Shown: positions 25,902-39,814 of the stretch, one piece after another
Position numbering within the stretch: position 1 is the stretch's first letter
Layout: each line of letters begins with the position of its first letter
Source of the DNA: Yuukianura sp. NJ FZ-2021
Taxonomy: Eukaryota
DNA length: 64,000 bases
Assembly: GCA_046563655.1 (NCBI GenBank)
Contig: CM102290.1
Location: 8,742,001 to 8,806,000, forward strand
Direction of reading: 5' to 3'
The notes under the pieces: model-generated
Told to the model about the DNA's origin: nothing
Seen by the model: the letters and a program-made list of their open reading frames with translations, nothing else
Database searches by the model: none
Program-made: the position numbers and the translations under genes

Positions 25902-26811
25902 TCAATGTCGCAGTTTCAGAAAACTTATTTACAAAACCCAAACGACGGCAACCGAACTTGAGTTAGTATTTTGTTTGTTTGAAAGTTCATACTTTTTTGA
26001 CCATCTTTGCACTGATCGCTTTTCACATGAGCGTTTCTTTTTGTCGATGTCTGCAACTTTTACTAACTACACAAGTTCGGTTATCGTGGTAACTAAATTT
26101 AACAACTGCTGTTAATTAGACGCATAGCACACGTCCTTAAACTTATTAGAGTAATGCGGTACATTTATGTTAAATGTTAATTTCTTTTCACTGGACACTT
26201 CAAGCAAATCGACTTTCCGTTATAAAATTTCAAGTTCAAGTCGGTTTAGGTTTTGAGGATTCAACAAATTGTAAATTGACTAAACTTGTAAAGTGTTATT
26301 TGAAAATGGGGTATGTTTAGGCGGCGGAAGGCGAACAACAGAATTGGACCATAAAACGAGTTGTTTTTGTTGAAGCGATTGAGTCACTTCGTTCTATTGG
26401 TAATTACGACTGTCAGAATCTTGTTTTACTGAAGAATCTTTCTCAAGGAATGGCCTCAGCACTATCCAAAGGCAGTAAGTAGGGATTGTCAAATGTACTA
26501 CTAAGGTGGAATTACCTCATCAAATCATTCATTTTCCTTTGTGACATTTCCATCAAACAAAATCTGCAACTTTTAGCAACTCCAAAAAATTTTAAGTTTA
26601 GGACAAGCAGAATTTGCACTTTCTTCAAAAAAGGGTATGAGTTTGCGTTTTCACTTGCTGTATGGAGTCACTTCCTCCGCGAGTCGGTGCAACTTCAAGA
26701 AAAGAGTCGGTCTTTAAGAACATGAAAACAGATGAGCGAGGACTTTAGGATGTGGCTGTTGTTGGTTAAGGGCTCCGAAGGGGTCACCGGTTCCTTTTGC
26801 TAACTAATTAG

Positions 26812-27624
26812 CAGGGTTGCAAGAAATATTTTTTATCAATATTTTAAATGTTTTCAATATTCTGGCGTTTACATAAATATTCAATATTTATTTAAACGTA
26901 AATATTTAGTTAAATATTCCGGTACTTTTAGAAAAATATTCCCCAAAATTGCTTTTGAGAACCACAGAACAGCCGTCGTTCTCATAAAAATCACCCCAAA
27001 GTGCCCAAGTATGACGTTAAGTAGCAAAAATGTGTTGTTTTTCTTTGTTTTTGTCTTCAACAAAATAACTATTATTCAAACGTTCGTAAATTTGCCGTGC
27101 ATTTCAAATTGATTTCAATTGATTAATAATGCCGAAGCAAAAGATTACTTTAAATCAAAGGAAGGAAGAGTGGATTAAACACTTAAACTTGCGCTAATTT
27201 GCTATTAAGTAGCGAAGCTACTTATTGGTTTGACCTAGACTGTCTGTCTGTCTGGACGTCTCCGGTAATTATCTCGGAAACCGTTAAACATTGCCGGGAT
27301 CTGTTTTCACCGATGGACGCCTAGTGTCCCGGTGATGTTCACTATTGAATACCATCCCGGTAGGTCAACTCCTTCCGGGTCAAAGGTCAAGTGGTTCGCT
27401 ACTTTCGTATACTCCGGGTTACGACCCCGGATTAATTTAACAATAGGCAGTTGTTTTAAACGCCTGAGCATTAGTTCTACTGTCCATCTTCTTGGACATT
27501 GAGTTGTATATTTTAGTAAATATTCACAAAAAATGTAAATATTTTCATAAATATTTCGTTGGTTGAGAACAAATATTTCAATAAATATGTTGGCGGTTTT
27601 TAGTAAATATTTTTAGCAAGCCTG
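26812..27624. mobile_element. Non-autonomous hAT-type MITE (hosts a HINE-like insertion)
   Basis: Imperfect TIRs CAGGGTTGCAAGAAATATTT / AAATATTTTTAGCAAGCCTG, an exact 8-bp TSD CTAATTAG (26804-26811 and 27625-27632), and AAATATT subterminal repeats. Confidence 0.8.
27203..27438 (+). mobile_element. DINE-1/HINE-like (Helentron-associated) non-autonomous element
   Basis: 5' subTIR AAGTAGCGAA (27207-27216) with an adjacent short inverted repeat GCTACTT, a (CTGT)n microsatellite at ~27240-27253, a 3' subTIR TTCGCTACTT (27395-27404), a 3' hairpin TCCGGG..CCCGGA (27413-27431) and a T-rich end. This is the canonical DINE-1 layout. Confidence 0.75.
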
Positions 27625-28806
27625 CTAATTAGTGTTCAGTGGAGTCATGTCAGGAGACATTAGGTTGAAATATGGCCCACTGTCAACGGCTCCTTGTCTA
27701 ATAGACCTGCCTTGCTTCCTTGGTTCTCATTAAGGCAGAACGCTGGAACGAGTCCTTCATAACAATCTGGCAAAAGAGCCCTTACCAGTGACAATTATTG
27801 CTCCATAACTCCCACGTCATCAATTTCCGCCAACCATTCATCTCCCCACTACGCCCTCTATTAAAAACTAAAATTTAAACTAAAACCAAAAACCAATTTA
27901 AATTTTCCGCTATTCTCCCATTTTCAAACAATCCCGTCCGCGGTTTAATTCTAAAATAACGTAAATCTTTTGAGTCTAGTTTCGTTTCAACATTTCTGTG
28001 TTCCATTTTCAATTTCGAATTTAGTTTCAAAACCTTTAAGAATTTGTATATGCATGAAATAGAGCATGTTACATTTAGAATAAAAATGCAATTTCAGCAC
28101 TTGCAGTAGCGTTTGCGCAAAAGGAATTCTTAGTCCATATGCCTTGGGACAAGTTGATGCCAAGTAATCAATGTTTAGAGGAGTTAGGCACTTTGCGCAT
28201 GAGGAATCGCGATGAAAGGACCAAGGATCCTGTTCTGAATTAACAAGAAAGCAATTAAAGTTGATCCACTCGGCGGCCATTGTGACTGGTGTCAAAAGTG
28301 GAGTAGGAGGTGTTAAATACGGTTGTCAATAGGAATTGGAAAGTGATTGAGTATTTGGTTCCAATGCTCAAGCATTTCTATGGGCCACTTGACTGCTCTT
28401 CTATTCAGAAGATGACTTAAGGGCCCTTGTCTCGTCCATTCCCTGACTCTTACGGTCGCCCCCTTGCGGACGGTGGGACATTACAGTTATGGACATACAG
28501 AACCTAAAGAAAAGATAGCTAAGAATATTCAAAAGGCAGTCCATAAGTGCCCGTCCATAGTTGACCGTCCATAAGTGTCTTGTTACAGTCTCATCTACTA
28601 GGCATGAGTGGGTACTTGGAGAATTTTGGAGCCTTGCCAAGTACCCTGGGCTGAAACAGGTGTGTTGGAGGTGTATCTGTCGGCGTTTCTTCAAAGGGAC
28701 GAAGGTGCGAATTGTTGTTAGAAGCCTAATCACGCATTCAGCCCTCTTCCAGAGAAGCTTTTTAGCCGAAAACCTCACATAAACGAACCGGCAGAGCTAT
28801 AACTTA

Positions 28807-28939
28807 CCGTAAATTTCCAAATAGCACTTCTCAACCAAAAATTACTACTAGTACTCTTCCCCCAAAGCTCGACGAAACGGTACCTACTAGAGGAAGGAAA
28901 CTATAGTACCTCAGGGGGACATTATTTGGAAATCTACGG
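28807..28939. mobile_element. 133-bp MITE with TA target duplication (Tc1/mariner-pogo type)
   Basis: TA|CCGTAAATTTCCAAATA ... TATTTGGAAATCTACGG|TA: 17-bp TIRs with 1 mismatch, flanked by TA. Confidence 0.7.
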
Positions 28940-31900
28940 TAACTGGCTTGACTTCAGCAGAAAGAGGCCTCTTTTCAACACTTCCCAGGGAACAGATTGG
29001 AAGATGAAAAGATTCGATTAAAGCAACTCAAAGACAATGCTCAAATACTTTCGGTCTTGTAGCACAACTGTCAAGGCTGATGGAGATGTGCGCCATGATT
29101 TAAAGTTGACCAGATTCAGAAATGACAAAATATCTCAGTCCATCCTTAATTTATTTGTCACTTTCCTGATTATGAACAGTGACTGCCTCTTAATTTATTT
29201 CAAGAACTTCGTAGCGTCTCATGAAAAACCTCAATTTTTCATTTTGATTAAAGTTGGCTTTGGTTCCTGAGTTTTTGGCATGGGTGTGGGATCCCGGTTG
29301 GGTAAGTTCATGGAAACTGTCCTCAAATTATATGTTGAAGTGGTGTTCTGTGTGCATGTTCTGCGAAGCATGAAGTCATTCCTCATCTTGAAATCATGTC
29401 AGAGGAAACGGATGGAACTTAACTTTTGTTTAGTCAATCAATCTCCGACTTGACCGTATTTTGGACAAGTATACTTATGGAGGACGCTTCGTTCCAAAGT
29501 GTTGATGAGGGACTTCAACTTCACACAACCTTTCAAGGTCTTTATCACGCCGAGAGACTTCAATCAAAAAATTTTTTCTTGTTAAACCCACAAAGTTTTC
29601 TTCAGTACGAATCCAATTTTAAAACAACTTTTTTTGTTGGAACACAGAGTGTTTTGATAGACTAATTTCAGCAGCATTTTTGTTCAAAAAATTTTGGAAG
29701 TAAAAATTTGTATCCTCTCATATTAAAGCTGTTGAAAAAATAAGAAGCTAAGCAGCCCAAGTTTAATGTGTGCGAGCGGCATCATCTTTTTGTTGAATTA
29801 GTCAAAGCATTATAAAATAGCACCATTAAATTTTGAATTATGACGGTTTTAAATTAAACACTTCCCGCGTTATGGAATGCTAATTGTCAGTCTACCAAGT
29901 TCTAATGGAAAGGGAGTAGTAAACTGCGTGTCTTTGTATGATCTTCATCTTGAACAAGACCAAGAATTAAATCATGAATTTCCAAAATGTCAAGCTGATA
30001 AGTGTGTATGTCTCCCAAGATTAAAAGCCTTGTGGAATGTTACTTTCCTTGTTCATGCGCCGTTACATTTTTCAAATTTTGAGAAATTCTGGCTCCATTA
30101 ACAATTGTCTCAAATTAAGTCATTTTTGAATGGGCTGAACCTGATTAGACTTTTAGGAAAATGCAGTGAGTACTCTCTCTGATTGCATGACACTTAATTT
30201 TCTGTACTTAAGGACTTGTTCCTCTTTGCTTCTGTGCCAAAATGTGCAATCATAGTGTGCATAAGTTTTTTTCCACTTTTTCATTCCGAAGTGCCCAATT
30301 TCCGCTGTCTTAAAAAGCTTCCACTTTGTAACTTACGAAGTAATTTGGCAAAAGACGTTGTTATTTTTTTCTGCGCGTAAATATAATTTGACTGAGCTTG
30401 GAAGTGGTGCTGTCTCGTCCTTCCGGAATTGGAAGATGCTTTCGGTGGATGTGTTCTAATGATGAGGTATTGTTAAAAGCGGTGGAGAGACCAAAGGAAA
30501 TGTTCGGCGGGAGGAGGCTCTTCTTTTGAAAAAGTGTAAGCATAAGCAGTAAAATTAAAGAGCGCGGAGGTTTGAATCAAGTGAGACTCTTTAACTCCCA
30601 TTTCACGCGCACCCCCTTGTACTCTCTCCCTTATTTTTTGTTTTTGATCTTCATTCTATTCTTTTAAGGCCCTCTGGAGATGCATCTTGGGTTTAGGTAA
30701 TCTCCGTCCAATTGATTACACTTCCTCAACCACCCCACCTTCTTCCCTTTCATCTCTCCCGCCAACAAAACCAATTCAAAATGTCCATCTCTCTTATGCT
30801 ACAGTGTCCATCTTCCTAAGCATCCCTTTCATCTTGAGTCTTAACTCAAAAGTCAAGGTGTAAAGTGGTAATCATCATCAAAGGCAATCATGCAAAGCCC
30901 CTCCAGAGAATGACACATTATTTACAGGTGAATGAATTCAGACTCATCGATTAGCACAACGAATCCATTTCCATTTGGATTACCAAAATCATCGGTTAAG
31001 GCCAGACATTTTATGAAAAAACATACTTTTTTGAATTTCTGAAATAAAAATGAAAAGAAAGTTTACAATTTAATTTTATGCTAGAATTTCAATTCTTCTC
31101 TTTTGGCATCTCTTGACTCATTTTCATTTTGACTCAATTTGACTCCAATCGTGAGTGTGATTTTGAGAATATGGGAGTTTTGGAAGTGGATGATGGTTCA
31201 TTATGAGGAAAAATATATATATCAAGTGCGACTGTTGGAGATGATCTTAAGGTGTGAAAATCTCGGTGGGAGGTCTTTCTGAACAACAACTTGAGTCTGT
31301 AATAAGTAATGGGCCGTTTCCCTTGGGAGGATGGCCGCAGAGACCTTATTTGTTTCAGGCCGCAGAAGAAGATGAGGTGAGGTCTCTCGACTTACAAATT
31401 AATCTTCCTCCATTGTTCTTCCACCAATTTCAAAGAGCACGAAATTGCTGTATTAGAATAATTTTTGCCCATTTGAGAGTTTGGGAAGTGGTCCATTGGG
31501 GTCAGGTCATTCCCTTCATCTTCACACCTTCAAAGTGTCCACACCCCTCAGATTGGAGATTTGGACGTGGGAAGAAGGAGAGATGAGTCAATAACTGCAA
31601 ACTGATGATCGTCCAAGATCAATTTGAAAATGAGAGCGTCCCACTGCAGGCGGGTATTTTGGAAGGCGGCAAAGACAAAGGGAACTGTGTGTCTCTCGTG
31701 TCTATTGTAATTCCGAGTGATACATGTAATCATCATCTCCCATTGTCTCATGACGACTTCATCTCTGAGCATCCTACCACTTTGTCGCCCACTTCAAAAT
31801 AAGTCCTAATCCCTCACCTTCCTTCTGTCAATAAAAGTCTAAGCACGACTACCACGAATCTACACCTTGAAAAATGTCGCCGGGAGACATCTCTCTCTGC

Positions 31901-34900
31901 CTTCTGAAACATTAGTCATTGTCTCGTCTCACCTAATGACAGGATCTCAAACAATGAAATCATCAACCACTTTGGCATCCACAGGCACAGTTTCTCTTTT
32001 TAGTTACTTGTAAACCTTCCTTTCAAAATTTTCGGCTAAAGAAAGGAAATGCTCTAGACGATGATTAAAAATCGATACATAGGTATACATTATTTCAAAT
32101 TCAAATTTCACTTAACTTTTGAAATAACAATTTGCCTAAAGATGAACCATTTTCCGCTACAAAAAAAAATGCCGCTTTGTGCAAACAAAGTTCAGAGGTG
32201 GCTGGACACTATGAAGCCTTTTAGACGCGACTTCTGCGTTCTGGAGACATTTCGTGAGAAGTTCGTGTGTGAGAAGACCAAGATGTCAATTTGACGAAGA
32301 AGAAAACAATGGAATTGACTTTTTTTTTTGGTTTGGTTTCCAACTCTATACTTTTCTCCCCTCAAAAAAATAATATGTTATTCTTTGGAAACCAATTTTC
32401 TGGTGTGTGGCCTGGTCGACGAGCGTTAGTTTGTGTGTGTTGTGTGTGAAGGGTCCTAACGCTTTAAGTCCAAACGCTTTTTTTGAATTAGAGAGTCAAG
32501 GTGGTGTTAAAATTACATTTTATAATGTAACCTTATCATGCACTCATTCAACTGCTCATAAGTGCCCAAAAAATTTCACCTAGTGGTGAGCAAATTCAAA
32601 GGACTTAAATTGTTTTTCTCCAGATCTGATTCATGAGTGCAATTTTTCGAAATTGTTTTCGATAACACACTCAAATTGGTTAAAGTTTCAGTAAAATATG
32701 AAAAGAAAGGAGCGTATAGAAGAAACTTCATGCTCCACTTACTGCCAGTCCTTAGTCCACTTGGGAATCAGCATATATTTCAAATTTAGCCGCCACTGCT
32801 TTCATTTCCTCCGCCCTGACTTTCACTTTCCTTCATTTTTATTTTGACTGAGGAGTCGCAGAGGCACGAGAGCCTCTGTGGTAATTGATGACTTTCCAAA
32901 GCTGTTCGACGGAATCTAAATATTCTATTGGAATTAGATGGGAAATGACCATGTTCGTAAGGGCGGCAATTGGAAAAGGCGGGAAGTCCGTGACGTGACC
33001 ACCTCAACCTGTCAAAACCAACCTATAATTGATCTCGCAAAGTAAATTCTGTGAGGAACAGGACGCTTGTGTGCCAGGGCCTTAACTCCACATGCCCATT
33101 CTGCATTACATTGCATAGAAGTGATACAAGGGATATGCTTTCACTGAACTCAGAGTAACTTTTGAAAGCATTTGAAGCAACAGAACAGGAATTGTGAACT
33201 ATGGAGTGGGACAGGCAGGAAGGAGGGGGCCCTTGAAGGGTCATGACCCTGAATTCGTTCTGCATTGCGTCGAGGTGTCACAGTTCCAAAGGAACGCTCA
33301 CGGTCCTAAACAACTCAATTCCATTTGACTGTAGCCGAAAGGCGGAAGTTTATAATGATGGAGCGGAGAAGTTTGAACTGTTTTTGATCTTTGGCGGAAT
33401 ATTGTTTAATGAGAAGATGGGAGAGAGATGAGCGTCAGTTGAGGTGTTAATTGACTTGTAAGTTGGTTGATGATGTAAAGTGGATTTGAAGATTTCAGAA
33501 GTGGTTTTGGACTCTTAAGATTTTAATAACAAGATTAGGATTTGTTGATCCCCCTACGGTGGCTACTACAGGTTTAATTAGCATTTAATAGGAAAAGCTC
33601 TCTCTGGAATACTAACACTCTGCTCTCACAGATCAAATGCTCTTTGACATATCAACTTACACCCCCCGACACTTTTCATTTTATAATTTACTCCATAAAT
33701 TATTGACCAAGAACCTTCGTATGATGGGAACATTTCGAATCAAACTGCCGACGGCCTTTCCGGGCGGGTCAAACTCTTCAACATTTTGTGCGATGAGCTC
33801 AGAGTGACAACAGAATCAACTCGCAGTTACCTAAAAACCAAACAGGTCAATATTGCTAAAAGTCATTTCTTTAAAGCGCAGAGACATTGCAACTTTTTTT
33901 TTCGCAAGACCAGAATTGCTGGCAGTTAGCATGTCGCTGTGGACTTTTGACATGATGACTGGAATAAGGTAAAGTGCATGTAGTAATATGGCCGGTGATT
34001 ACGGAGGTGTGATTTTGACTTAAGTATGGAGGGAATGTGGATTTGCGAGATCATAACTCAATTGAGCAATTAACGCTGGAGTGACTTGAACTCATAAAAT
34101 TATAATTCATCTTACTTGCATATGGGCCTTAAGACAAATCTTAGTCCATGCACACACAGTTTATGTGAAGGCAAACATTTTGGAAAAAAGAAAGCTAAAA
34201 CAACTTTTGGATTCATTGAGGGAGAATAATATGTCGAATTTTTAAAATGAACTGTGCTTGCAGGTCAAAAGCTGCGTGGAGATTAAAGTTAATTAATATA
34301 TTATAATTTGAATTATAAATATTTAATTCAGATAGTCACTATAGTGAATGGAGTGGATCCGGAGTTGGACGTCTGAGGTATCCGTCACTGTCATGGAGCT
34401 CTGCAGGGAAATAGTTCCTGGTTGAAGTGTTAATTAGAATTGAAGTGTCCAATCTCCACTGCAGCGGAAAAGCCAAAGGAAGACCTCACAGATCGCAGTA
34501 AGGAGTCTCGCCAAGTACCTCTAAGGGCTCAGACACAGTTGATGGTAAGGAGTCTCATCCAATTGGTATTATTCATCTTCAGAAGTAGGATTAGAAAGAG
34601 TCTAAGTAGAGCTGAGGAGAGCTAAGTGCCCTTAAGTCCCTCTTTTCCTTCGTAATATTACCATAAGTATCCCTTGCATAATTAGACCTACACATGCTTA
34701 CGTTTTAGGTAGACAATTATATTTTGAAAGAAGAGGAACAACGATCATCTTAAGGCTTGGAAGTCAAGGGATCTTGGACAGTGGGAATTGGAAGGACAAG
34801 ACTACAAAGGGGCCGCCGAGTCCCTGCGTCCTTAAGCACAACAAATAGGGACCCTTATACCAATTTCCTATTAAGATTCCAGCGCAGGCTTAAGGACCAC

Positions 34901-37900
34901 GGTTCTAAGGTAGTCTTAACGATGCTTAAGAACTGGAAACTCATGTAGTACACTTAAGGGCTTGTGGCTTTTGAATTAAGGGCTCCACTATTCACTACCT
35001 AAAGACGTTGCATTTGTGAAAGTTGCTTTCACTGTTCTGAATACCAGACTGTATAAAAACTAAAAACTGCAATTCGATGAAGATTGAATTTAAAGTTGAA
35101 TCGATTTTTTTTCCATTGTATTCAAAAAAATTTTAAATTCATTTCTTTTTCTAACGAATGACTTTTCTAAAATTCAAATTCCTAGTTCCTGCTGTTTCTA
35201 AAATTTTGAAACTTCTTGATGAAGGAAGAGAGTGCAAGGACCTATAAGACAAAAAGTCAATGTAAGAGTGAAGGAGCCCTTGGAAAAAAAATCCTGTTAT
35301 TTCCCATAATGTTTTCATTGGAATAACAAGAGGAAGGTAGGAAATAAACGTCCTATTATTCCTTATTATCTCTGACTACACTGTGCCGAAGTCTTTGAAA
35401 TTCGGCGGGTTCGTATCTCCATTGTTAATAATGATCGTCCAGAATTGTATCTCTTCAACCACATCAAAGAAACAACAAATCTGAAGATGATTATGCCTCC
35501 TGTGGCTTCCTTGTACACTTTGTGCAGGACGGGAGTCCATTTCCACTCCGTTTCCCTTGGAAACGGACACATGATGATGACATTACATCTTGATCTGCTG
35601 GGAATCGTTCCTCCGACATGATTCCCGCCACTTATTATTAACTTCCTCCGACAAAGAAACGCCACCACCACCACACAAATACGAAACCGTTCATATCATG
35701 ATTGACCACGGCTCATCATTCAGCCTTTTACAACTGAAGGTGCCACACACAATGCGAAATAACCAAAGCCCACCATCATTTCGGCACACGTTTTCCCCAA
35801 AAATCCATTATTTCAAATCTCCCACCAAGTTTGCAATTTACGCCAAATTGTTTTCGATAAAAGAAGCCAAGTGAACGTAGTGATTTGGATTTTGAATGAT
35901 TTCTTGTACATGACTCCATTAAGATCTTGACACTCCCCGCCCGTAACTCCAATCAACTGTACCACATCAACCATTAAACTTCTGAAACTGTTAATTTCTG
36001 ACAAATTACTTTATTAACTCAATCTAATAGTTTGTCATCATTTTAAATTATAGCAAACCATTTTGACTTAAAATCACAACTTTCAATTTTAAAAAGTTAA
36101 TTTTGAAATTGTATGATGAGGAGTTTAGAGATGAATTAGCAGCCTTTTCAAAATGAGGTCATTTGCTCCCAATTTGTGATAGAAAGTGACTTTGTGTGTG
36201 TTCCTAATTAACGTTGTTTTCTCTGTTCAGACTGTTTTGGTCCATTTCCATTCAACTAAACTTTTGAATAGGTTTCGGATCTTTTGTTCGGTCGGGGTTC
36301 AATGGTTTGCTCATCCCATATCAACAGAAGACAATGGAATCGGACCCATCGACTCCCGAAGCAGCCTCCTTAATTATGGTCGCCCTAACGCAAACCTTAA
36401 CTAATTTTCAATTCCTTCATTACCTCTTAAGAACTCTAATTGAAAGGGAGCAGGGACTTAAGGGCCTCCACCGAAAATTCAATGTTGGACAGCCTTCCAG
36501 AACTGCTTTACCTTTTTTTTAAAACTTGGATTATTAAAAAGTAATACGAGAGCCAGAATCAAGAATCGGTATACTTTGTGAACAAAAAAAGAAAGAGCGG
36601 CGTAAAATTTCTCAGTAAAATTTGAAAATGAAAGGCTCATTTTTTTCAAAAATGAGCACAAAAGCTGCGCAATCGTGGGGGTTAGTTAGGCATGACTCTG
36701 TGGGTGTAAAGGAAATACCAATTTCGGTGTAGAAGAAAAGATGATGTTAGGTTAGGCATGACTTACTAAACAGAGTTCCGCTCTTGATTGAAAACAAAAG
36801 ACAAACAAAGTGTTTACAAAATCCTGCTCTGCATTTTGAGAATGACTTGCAAATTAAAACCTGAAATTTGAACAAAAATGTTTTCAACAAAAATCGGCTC
36901 CACTTTCTCATCAAGACGTTTATTCCCAAAAGTTCTACTGTTGTTACTTTGTTGCTTGATTTTCTAACGATCGTTTGCCGACTAGAGAGGAAGATTGGGG
37001 GTTTCCTTTAGTCGGTTAGGAGCGATTAGTGATGTAAGCACTTTTAAATAGTGAAGCCATGGGAAAACTTTCTGTTAAATTTTCTTTGAACTTGAGACCA
37101 ATTTCAATAAAAAGTGCAGGATTTCGGAATATATCCAAAATAAGAAACTTTGCCATTTAGTTCAAAGGTGAATCTAGAGAAATCGATAGTTCATTCATCC
37201 ATTCTACCAAATTGGCAATGTGGGAAGATTTTTAACGAGAATTCGTCTGCTCTTTCCAAGGAATCAAAAATAAATTGATTGTTAAAAGTGATTGTAATTC
37301 AATCCCTGCAAAAGTTTCAAAAATTGGTTTTGCAACGAAAACATTTTATTTTTTTAGCCAAAACATTAACTGTAATTTAAATGATTGTTTTTTCCTCAAC
37401 TGGCGTTCAAATGCTTTTTTGAAATTTTTAAATTTTACTTTTATGAAACCAAAACTCTATTTGAGACAATCTCCAGCACAAGCCAGTGGTTGAGGCGAGG
37501 GAACGTGGATTCTTCATAGGAAAAGAGGCCTCAGCTTCGAATTTTTTTTTCGTTCATGTTTTTCACAAGTTAAATATTTCTAATCACGATTTAAATGTCT
37601 AAACTCTTTTTAAGTTTTCCAACATTCACTGCCTAATTGAAGCCAATTGTTTGCCAAAGCTGATTCCTCGAAGTAAATGCCTGCAAAAGGTTTAGTTTGC
37701 ACAAGTACCAACCCATGAAACTCGCAAATAGTGTTTTAGAAGTTTAAAAAAGAGTTTGGTTCAACCAATGAAACAAATCTCAGTAAAAACTGTTTTAAAA
37801 TACTTACAATAAATTATGAATTGTTTTTATTGAAGACTATTCGCACTTAGGATTGGGAGAAAGTAAACCTTTAACATTCGAAAGCGACTGAGTATTGCAG

Positions 37901-39814
37901 AGACAGAGCTGACCTCTTGTGATTGGAAACCGCAACTTTGGGATCAGAATGTAAGAATTCCCCGGAATCGCGAGTAACAACAGCAAAAGCGTCACTCTGC
38001 GTATTCCAACGAAACATTTTGAATCTCCCCCTCAGTTGATACCAAACCTTCCTAATCTCTACACAAGATGGTATCGCAAACCGACGCTTTGTATTTCACG
38101 CCAAATCATAATCATGATCTTCTAGGAATTCTGATCTTGTTAAGCGTACGATTTCCGATTCTACCGAATATCCTCTTTGGGAAGCTACCAAGAAAACTTT
38201 CTCCGAGAATTCACTATACTGTGACACATTTTAATAAAACTCAAGCCCAAAGAATATTCTGTTAGTACCGTAAAATTTGGTTTGAAATTATTTGGATCAC
38301 TTATGAATTTAGTTTGTGATACAAATGAAACTTATTGAACTTTAAGAGATTCCTTGTTTAAATTGTAATTTCAGAAATCAGACAAAATACAGACAATAAT
38401 AAAGGCTGAAAAGAATCAAAAATTGAAAACAACGCATTTAGGCCGAAAATTACTAATTTATACTGATTAATTAATTTATTATTAATCTGTACAGTAGCTT
38501 GCTCCAAATATAATTTTAGCTTAATTTATTTTTTTCATACTTCGTTTAGACACCGTTTTTGATACAATTTGACAATTGAATTCCAGTCAACCATAATCCC
38601 ATAAATTGGAATAAGATCACGTTAGGTTGTAAAGTGAAAGTGAAATCAATAAAAATCCACTTGGTATTCACTTTGCGTCACTTTCACTCTCTGGGTCCTC
38701 CACTTTCCAACGCTAGCCTAAACTACTTCCTGCCCTTTCATCACTTTACAATTACAAACCATTCTTCCATGTCACATTTGACCTGTACATACGATGACCT
38801 CGGATTTAAGAAAAGATGACCTGTTCCCCCTCTAAGCATTCCAACCTGCTGCTGCCTATGTAGGCAGGTCATGTTACAAGGCAGGAGATGACCCTCATCC
38901 GGAACAGGATCTGAGCTATTTTTCTAGAAAATATTTGTGGATCCTATTCTGCATCTTGGAGGACTTGGTAGTTGGCTCTGTTTAGAATATTTCCGCATCA
39001 GACGTCTTAATGAATGAGAGGAGCAGCTTTACTAGTAAGAAGTGTTCTATAAGTGTTAAAGTACTGGATATAGCAGTACAAATGTAAAAAACAGACAAGT
39101 CGAGGCACACTTCTGGGTCTACCCGGGCCAAAGACTAACCAAATCCCAGTTTTCGTATGAAACATTTACAAGTTCCCAGGCTCATCCAGTCAGCACGGAA
39201 TAAAACGCCTGCGCCTTTCACTTGGAATAATAAAATGGTTTTAGTATTCGGTGGAATTGCAAATATCAAGCAAATTTTCTTATGTGCAATGCCAATGCCT
39301 GCCATCTCATTCATCTGTTTTCTTTTCAATGTTTTCACCAATTATTGTTCTTTCTAAATTAAGAATTAGTGGAAATTCGATTTTAAGTTTCACTTCCAAG
39401 TAGTCTTTTTGTAAATGAAAAAACATATTTTCCGAAATTTTGGACGAGCAGTGCACAAATAATTGGAGCCGTGTTAAAAAATTAATCGGTTTATAACTTA
39501 TAAACCGAATAATTGTTCATATTATTTAACAAAGGATGTAGAATTTGCAAAAAATGTGTTAGTCAAATGCTTAAAACTTCACCGATTTAACTACTACATT
39601 CATTTACTACAGGCGAAAATTCATCATCAAACACAAAAAAAAAACTGCAACAAATCGAATGGTTTATAAAACTAACTACAGAATTGATTCTGCATCGTTC
39701 ATGCAACTACTGTTTGCTTCAAAATTCTTCTAAAAAAAAATTCATGTATGTACTATGTATAAAAAATAATTTTTCACTGTATTGCTATGAACGTAGCAAC
39801 CTATTTGCGCCACT

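Noticed and set aside
28450..28590. GTCCATA repeats resembling a MITE end
   Set aside because: Ends and TSD could not be defined; at most a decayed fragment.
31254..36522. Several 60-110 aa ORFs as a hidden gene (e.g. Tlx or a second ladybird)
   Set aside because: I saw no homeobox (WFQNRR-type) exon, coherent splice chain or recognisable domain.
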